From assembly GCA_965228735.1 (NCBI GenBank), contig OZ245838.1, forward strand, positions 160,001-224,000: DNA of 64,000 nucleotides, written 5' to 3'. Below, piece by piece: positions 56,946 through 64,000 of this stretch. This stretch comes from Planctomycetota bacterium. GTDB lineage: Bacteria; Planctomycetota; UBA1135; UBA2386. A program made the translations under genes and the position numbers. The notes under the pieces are model-generated. The model was not told the origin of the DNA. It did no database searches and worked only from the letters and a program-made list of their open reading frames with translations. Position 1 is the stretch's first letter. The number at the start of each line of letters is the position of its first letter.

Positions 56946-57790
56946 CGTTGCCGTCTCTTCGTGAACGCTTCGGTGCGCTGGCGCCGGGGGCCGGGTGCTT
57001 CAGCCCGTTCTTCGTCGTCGGTGACCCTGCCGTGGAGCTGTCGGTCGAGTTCGCCAAGGCGTCGGTCGCGGCGGGCGCATCGATGCTCGAGCTCGGCATC
57101 CCGTACCGCGATCCGTGCGCCGACGGCGTCGCGATCCAGCGGGCGTGCGCGCGAGCTTTCGCCGGCGGCATCACGACCGATCGCGCGCTCGCCGGCATCG
57201 CGGCGATCAGCCAGGCGTGCCCCGGCGTGCCGCTCAACCTGCTGGTCTACGGCAACCTCGCGCACGCGCGCGGCATCGCGACGTTCTGTCGCGAGCTCGC
57301 GGCTGCTGGTGCGAGCTCGCTGCTCGTGCCCGACATCCCGCTCGGCGAGGACGAACCGCTGCGCGCCGCGTGCGATGCGGCCGAGCTCGGCTTCGTCCGC
57401 CTCGTCGGCCCGCGGTCGTCGGCCGAGCGACTGGCGGCCAGCGCTGCCGGCTGCGCGATGCTCTACGTCGCGGGCGTGCAGGGGGTCACCGGCTCGCACG
57501 ACGACGTGCGGGCCGAACGCTCGGCGCTGTTGCAGCGCGCCCGCGACGCGGCGGGCGACGTGCCGCTCTGCGCGGGTTTCGGCATCCGGACCCGCGCCGA
57601 CGTCGAGGACGCGTTCTTTAGCGGCGCCGCGCTCGCGGTCGTCGGCAGCCGGCTCGCCGACGTGATCGGCGACGCCGTCAATGCCGGGGCCGACCCGGTC
57701 GCCGCAGTATCCGCCGTCGTGCGCGAGCTCGCGCACCCGGCTTCGAATCGTTCTTCCCAAGCCACCAAGCCCAACCCGACAGGAGCCTGA
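56942..57790 (+). CDS. trpA: Tryptophan synthase alpha chain
   Basis: GDP, LELGIPYRDPCADG..IQ, GVTG, GFGI, VVGS. Confidence 0.95.
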   Translation: MTLPSLRERFGALAPGAGCFSPFFVVGDPAVELSVEFAKASVAAGASMLELGIPYRDPCADGVAIQRACARAFAGGITTDRALAGIAAISQACPGVPLNLLVYGNLAHARGIATFCRELAAAGASSLLVPDIPLGEDEPLRAACDAAELGFVRLVGPRSSAERLAASAAGCAMLYVAGVQGVTGSHDDVRAERSALLQRARDAAGDVPLCAGFGIRTRADVEDAFFSGAALAVVGSRLADVIGDAVNAGADPVAAVSAVVRELAHPASNRSSQATKPNPTGA

Positions 57791-57792
57791 TC

Positions 57793-58806
57793 GTGCTCGT
57801 CATTCTCTCACCAGACAGTTCCGTCGCCGATGTCGCCGCCGTCGAGGCGGCGATCACCGCGATGGGTTTCACCCCGCTCGCCGTGCCGGGCGAGGATCGC
57901 ACCGCCATCTGCGTCACGGGCAACAAGGGCCCGGTCGACCCCGGGCCCTTGCTGGGCTTGAACGGCGTCGTCGAGTGCATCCGCGTCACCAAGCCCTACA
58001 AGCTCGTCAGCCGCGACGTGCAGGCCGAGGACACCGTCGTGCAGGTCGGCGCGCAGAAGATCGGCGGCAAGAACCGCCCCGTCGTGATCGCCGGGCCGTG
58101 TAGCGTCGAGACCGAGGCGCGCACGCTGCGCATCGCCGAGGCCGTCAAGGAGGCCGGCGCGACGATGTTCCGCGCGGGTGCGTTCAAGCCGCGAACGAGC
58201 CCTTACGACTTCCAGGGCCTCGGCGTCGAGGCGCTTCACACGCTGCGGCAGGTGCGGGAGCAGTTCGATCTGCCGATCGTCTCGGAGATCGTCGACAGCT
58301 CGCACCTCGAGCAGATGGTCGACACCGTCGACGTGCTGCAGGTCGGCGCGCGCAACATGCAGAACTTCGCGCTGCTGCAGCGGCTCGCCGATCAGCCGCG
58401 ACCCGTGCTGCTCAAGCGCGGGGCCGCGAACACGCTGACGGAGTGGCTCATGGCGGCGGAATACCTGCTCGCCGGCGGCAAGCGCGACGTGATCCTCTGC
58501 GAACGCGGCATCCGGTCGTTCTCCGATCACTCGCGCAACACGCTCGATCTCAACGTCGTGCCGGTCGTGCGGCAGAAGTCGCACCTGCCGATCATCGTGG
58601 ACCCGTCGCACGGCACCGGCGATCGCGAGCGGGTGCGAGCCATGGCGCGGGCGGGCATCGCGGCGGGCGCCCAGGGACTGCTCGTCGAGGCGCACTTCGA
58701 TCCCAAGACGAGCTACACCGACGCGGCGCAGACCGTCTCGGCCGAGGTCATCCAGGGCATCGGGCGCGACATCGAAGTGCTCGCCGGCCTCGAAGCGCTT
58801 GCGTGA
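57793..58806 (+). CDS. aroF: DAHP synthase, type I-beta with N-terminal regulatory domain
   Basis: AGPCSVE, KPRTSPY.FQG, GARNMQNF, CERGIR, DPSHGTG. Confidence 0.93.
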   Translation: MLVILSPDSSVADVAAVEAAITAMGFTPLAVPGEDRTAICVTGNKGPVDPGPLLGLNGVVECIRVTKPYKLVSRDVQAEDTVVQVGAQKIGGKNRPVVIAGPCSVETEARTLRIAEAVKEAGATMFRAGAFKPRTSPYDFQGLGVEALHTLRQVREQFDLPIVSEIVDSSHLEQMVDTVDVLQVGARNMQNFALLQRLADQPRPVLLKRGAANTLTEWLMAAEYLLAGGKRDVILCERGIRSFSDHSRNTLDLNVVPVVRQKSHLPIIVDPSHGTGDRERVRAMARAGIAAGAQGLLVEAHFDPKTSYTDAAQTVSAEVIQGIGRDIEVLAGLEALA

Positions 58807-58813
58807 CGGCGCT

Positions 58814-58855
58814 TCTCAGCGTTCGAGTCTCAGCGTTCGAGTCTCAGCGTTCTAG
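58814..58855. repeat. Tandem repeat, 3 x TCTCAGCGTTC(G/T)AG
   Basis: Two exact 14-nt units and one with a single mismatch; the third contains the msrA stop codon. Confidence 0.9.
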
Positions 58856-59602
58856 GCCGAGCTTCTCGAGCTTGCTCGGGATGAACGCGTTGCAGTAGCC
58901 GTCGCGCGGGTTCTTGGCCCAGTAGTCCTGGTGGTAGTCCTCGGCCGGCCAAAACGTGCTCGCCGCGGTCACCTCGGTGACGATGCGGTTGTCGAACTTG
59001 GGGTTGATCTTCGCGATCACCCTCTCGGCCGTCTGCTTCTGCGCGTCGCTGTGGTAGTAGATCGCGGACCGATACTGCGTGCCGACGTCGTTGCCCTGGC
59101 GGTTGAGCGTCGTCGGGTCGTGCATCACGAAGAAGTAGCCGACGAGCTTCTCGTAGCTCGTGACCGCGGGGTCGAAGCGGAACTGCACGACCTCGGCGTG
59201 ACCCGTGACGCCGTCGCACACCGCGCGGTAGGTCGGGTTGTCGACGTCGCCGCCCATGTAGCCCGACTTGACGTCGCTGACGCCGTCGATGCGATCGAGC
59301 ACGGCTTCGATGCACCAGAAGCAACCGCCGGCGAACGTGGCGGTCTCGAGGGCGGGCTGATCGGAGTTGTCGGTCATCGGGCGTTCGTTCTGGCTGGTTG
59401 GGTCGTCGGGGTTGGGGTCGGCCTCGGGCGGCGGCGCGGGCGGCGGCTCGGCGACCTCGTCGGGCTCGGCCGGCGCGAAGCCGATCGGTTCGTCGGTGGC
59501 GTTGGACGCGGTGGTTGCGTCGGGCTGGGTGCAGCCAGCGGTCGCGAGCAGCAGCAGCGACAGCAGGGTGACCGGAATGGCGGCAGCGCGAAGGATCGTC
59601 AT
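58844..59602 (-). CDS. msrA: Peptide methionine sulfoxide reductase MsrA, with a probable export/lipoprotein signal and Pro-rich linker
   Basis: FAGGCFWC, GY.GG, PTY..VC, TGHAE, RQGNDVGTQYRS, AEDYHQ; ATG 59602 (alternative 59377). Confidence 0.92.
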   Translation of the reverse strand: MTILRAAAIPVTLLSLLLLATAGCTQPDATTASNATDEPIGFAPAEPDEVAEPPPAPPPEADPNPDDPTSQNERPMTDNSDQPALETATFAGGCFWCIEAVLDRIDGVSDVKSGYMGGDVDNPTYRAVCDGVTGHAEVVQFRFDPAVTSYEKLVGYFFVMHDPTTLNRQGNDVGTQYRSAIYYHSDAQKQTAERVIAKINPKFDNRIVTEVTAASTFWPAEDYHQDYWAKNPRDGYCNAFIPSKLEKLGLER

Positions 59603-59727
59603 GTGTTCGATGGAGATCGGGTAGGGCGCGGCGACTCGGAATTCTCGCGGGCGTTTGCGCGATGATCCAACCGCAGTTCTAGCAGTAGGTTCGCAAAACC
59701 ACACCCAAGCCATCCGTCACCCTGGGC

Positions 59728-59755
59728 TTGATGTTAGGGTTTTGTTCGGTAGACT
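59728..59755 (+). promoter_or_regulatory. Putative imuA promoter with a candidate SOS-like operator
   Basis: TTGATG-16 nt-TAGACT; GTTA-N7-GTTC (59733-59747) lies in the spacer. Confidence 0.5.
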
Positions 59756-59852
59756 ACGGGGCCCCACGTCGCCGTCGGCATCGGCCGTTGGCAACCCAGG
59801 TTCGCCGGTCGACCGGTGGGCCGCCGACCCGTTTCTCGGAGGAGATACGACC

Positions 59853-60539
59853 ATGGCTGCCGAACGTCTCCTGCAGTCCGAACTGCAATCCGGACTCCTG
59901 CAGTCCCTCCGCGTCGCGACCGCGATCCGGCCGGCGAGCCGTTTGCCGGTGGCGGGAGATGCGACTGCAGGAATCGCATTGGCGCCGGATCGGCTGACTC
60001 TGGTGGATCTGGCCGGTCGACTCGCCGAACTCAGTGGCGCCGCGGCGGGGCAGCTCAGTATCGCGGTCGGACTCGTGCAGGAAGCGCAGCGCAGCGGCGA
60101 GCCCGTGGCGTGGATCCACTCGACGGCCGCGCCGCCGTATCCGCCGGACCTCGCGCAGCGCGCGGTCGACCTCGAGGCGCTCGCGATGGTGCGGGTCAGA
60201 AACGAACGCGCGATGCTGCGGGCCGCGGATCAGTTGCTGCGGTCCGGCGCGTTCGGTCTCGTGATCCTCGACTACCTCGAACGGTCGCGGGCGCCGCTGT
60301 CGGTGCAGGTGCGACTGACGGGGCTGTGCCGGCAGCACGAGTGCACGTTGCTCTGCCTCGGACCGGAGCCCGCGTTCCCGATGGCGTCGCTGCGGGCGCA
60401 CGTCGATCGGCGGCGGTGCGAGGGCGATTCCCGCGGTGGCAGTCAGTTCGCCTGCGCGGTCCAGGTCGAGAAGGACAAGCGGCGTGGTCACGCGTGGCAC
60501 TTCGAACAGTGCTTCGACGGGCCGGTTGGCCTGAGTTGA
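59853..60539 (+). CDS. imuA: ImuA / RecA-like protein of the mutagenesis cassette
   Basis: GRLAELSG (degenerate P-loop), VAWI, YPPDL, ADQLLRSGAFGLVILD; GGAGGA RBS. Confidence 0.8.
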   Translation: MAAERLLQSELQSGLLQSLRVATAIRPASRLPVAGDATAGIALAPDRLTLVDLAGRLAELSGAAAGQLSIAVGLVQEAQRSGEPVAWIHSTAAPPYPPDLAQRAVDLEALAMVRVRNERAMLRAADQLLRSGAFGLVILDYLERSRAPLSVQVRLTGLCRQHECTLLCLGPEPAFPMASLRAHVDRRRCEGDSRGGSQFACAVQVEKDKRRGHAWHFEQCFDGPVGLS

Positions 60540-60568
60540 TGGTGGCCTGAATCGATGGTGGATCGGCA

Positions 60569-62296
60569 GTGAACCGATGGGCGTGTGTCGACCTGGCGGC
60601 GTTGCCGCTGCAGCTCGTGCTGCGGCAGCAGCCCGACTGGCGCGGGCATCCGACGGCGGTGGTCGCCGAGGACAAGCCGCAGGGCACGGTCATGTGGATC
60701 AACCGGTGCGCGCACGCCGCGCGCATCCGCACCGGCATGCGCTACGCCGAGGCGCTGTCGCTCGTGCCGACGCTGCGCGCGAGCGTCGTGTCGGAGGGCG
60801 AGCTCGCAGCGGCGGTCACGGAGATCACCGAGTTGCTGCGACAGTTCTCGCCCGCGGTCGAGGCGAGCGGCTGGCGCGGCGAACCCGGGGTGTTCTGGCT
60901 CGACGCGTCCGGCTTCGAGCGGCTGCAGCCATCGTTGCTCGACTGGGCGCAGCAGATCGAGCGCGCGCTGCGGGAAGCGACGCTGCAGTCGACGGTCGTC
61001 GTCGGCTTCGACCGCTTCAGCACCTACGCGCTCGCGCGGCAGCTGTCGTTCGGCGCGGCTGCCAGCGCCTCGAGGGCCGGCACTGCGAAGGCTGCCGGCT
61101 CGAAGGCCGCTGGTTCGAAGGCCGCTGGGTCGACGGCGAAGGCAACCAGCGGATACGCGATCGCGTTCGAGTCCGTCGCCGAAGAACGCCGGCGTTCGGA
61201 CACGGTGTCGCTCGATCTGCTCGACCTCGATCCGCGGTTTCGCGATCGGCTCGCGCAACTCGGGATTGACGACGTCGCCGGGGTGCGGCGGCTGCCGGCC
61301 GGCGCGCTGATGGAGCGCTTCGGCAAGGAGAGCTTCGAGCTGCGCCGACTGATGACGGGTGATCAGCGCGCGCCACTGTCGCCGGTCGCTCAGGTCGAGG
61401 CCGTGCGCGACGAGTTCGAGGTCGACCCCGAGCAACCGCAGGTCGATCGCCAGGCGCTGCTGTTCCTCGTCAAGCAGAGCCTCGGCGAGCTCGAGCAGCA
61501 GCTGCGCCGGCGCGGGGAGGTGTTTGCCGCGCTGCAGCTGCGGTGCGAGCTCGACGACGGCCATCCCGAGCACGTCGAACGGATCGAACCAGCAGCGCCG
61601 ACGCTCGACGCGGTGCAGCTCACTGATCTGGTGCGGCTGCGGCTCGAGCCCGTGACGTTCCCGGCACCGCTCGTCGGGTTCGAGCTCACGGCCGAGACCG
61701 CGGCGCCCGAACGGCAGCAGGGCGAGCTGTTCGCCGAGCGATCACAGCGCGATCTGGCGGCCGCGAACCGAGCGCTCGCGCGGTTGCGCGCGGAGTTCGG
61801 GGAGAGCGCGGTGCAGCACGCGGCGCTGCACGACGGGCACCTGCCGGAAGCGCGGTTCGTCTGGCGCGAGCTGCGGCGACTCGTGCGGCTGCCCGTGGTC
61901 GATGACGTGCGCGAGCGGAGCGCTGCGGCGAGCCGCGATGCGGACGGCAGCAGGGATGGCGACGGCTACGGCAGTTCGTGGCAGGGAATGGTCGTGGGGG
62001 AACGCGCCGCAGAACGCGAGGATGTCGGCGCGGGCGGGCCGCAGCTCGTGCGCCGACTGCTGCGCGAACCGATGCCGTTGTCGAGCGCCAAGGATCCGAC
62101 CGACGGCTGGTATCTCGGCGGGCTCAGCGGCGGGCCGGTGCAGCAGCTGTGGGGGCCGTTCACGATCTCCGGCGGTTGGTGGCGCCGCACGCAGCATCGC
62201 GACTACTACTTCGTCGAGACGCGGCGCGGCGATCTGCTCTGGGTGTATCACGACCGCACGCGGCGGCGGTGGTTTCTGCACGGCGTCGTGGAGTGA
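60569..62296 (+). CDS. imuB: ImuB, inactive Y-family polymerase
   Basis: WACV, GM..AEA, FSPAVE, QGELF clamp-binding-like motif, C-terminal GGWW....RDYY....G...WVY...WFLHG. Confidence 0.88.
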   Translation: MNRWACVDLAALPLQLVLRQQPDWRGHPTAVVAEDKPQGTVMWINRCAHAARIRTGMRYAEALSLVPTLRASVVSEGELAAAVTEITELLRQFSPAVEASGWRGEPGVFWLDASGFERLQPSLLDWAQQIERALREATLQSTVVVGFDRFSTYALARQLSFGAAASASRAGTAKAAGSKAAGSKAAGSTAKATSGYAIAFESVAEERRRSDTVSLDLLDLDPRFRDRLAQLGIDDVAGVRRLPAGALMERFGKESFELRRLMTGDQRAPLSPVAQVEAVRDEFEVDPEQPQVDRQALLFLVKQSLGELEQQLRRRGEVFAALQLRCELDDGHPEHVERIEPAAPTLDAVQLTDLVRLRLEPVTFPAPLVGFELTAETAAPERQQGELFAERSQRDLAAANRALARLRAEFGESAVQHAALHDGHLPEARFVWRELRRLVRLPVVDDVRERSAAASRDADGSRDGDGYGSSWQGMVVGERAAEREDVGAGGPQLVRRLLREPMPLSSAKDPTDGWYLGGLSGGPVQQLWGPFTISGGWWRRTQHRDYYFVETRRGDLLWVYHDRTRRRWFLHGVVE

Positions 62297-62299
62297 GGC

Positions 62300-64000
<1,701 letters not shown>

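Noticed and set aside
59300..59335. Selenocysteine in MsrA
   Set aside because: Active-site codons are TGC (Cys); there is no in-frame TGA

Overview
64 kb of very GC-rich bacterial chromosome. Gene content (two DUF1579 proteins, HEAT-repeat proteins, long TPR proteins) suggests Planctomycetota, but this is an inference. I found no rRNA, tRNA, CRISPR array or transposase. In order: a BlaI/BlaR1(M56) pair with operator; membrane and housekeeping genes (M28 peptidase, terC, NFACT/RqcH, ndk, gnd, prfC); a ~0.7 kb parDE toxin-antitoxin islet bracketed by a ~97-bp duplication of the NFACT 3' end; an atypical pel exopolysaccharide locus (PelA split into two divergent genes, no pelC, 1010-aa PelD with two RxxD sites); tatD(eboB)-eboA-MFS; a hybrid kinase; a divergent ychF; a frameshifted ~1200-aa membrane protein; an acyl-CoA dehydrogenase; a redox cluster; an enteric-like trpEGDCFBA-aroF operon with a Trp-rich leader peptide and attenuator; msrA; and imuA-imuB-dnaE2, cut off by the window end. 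The strongest hidden signal is the redox cluster. A Cys peroxiredoxin is followed by two genes that the ORF track breaks in two because each has an in-frame TGA exactly at the catalytic Cys position, followed by a SECIS-like hairpin: a putative seleno-peroxiredoxin and an exported UxxC thioredoxin-fold protein. Many genes also look leaderless, with a TAnnnT hexamer 6-7 nt before the start codon.
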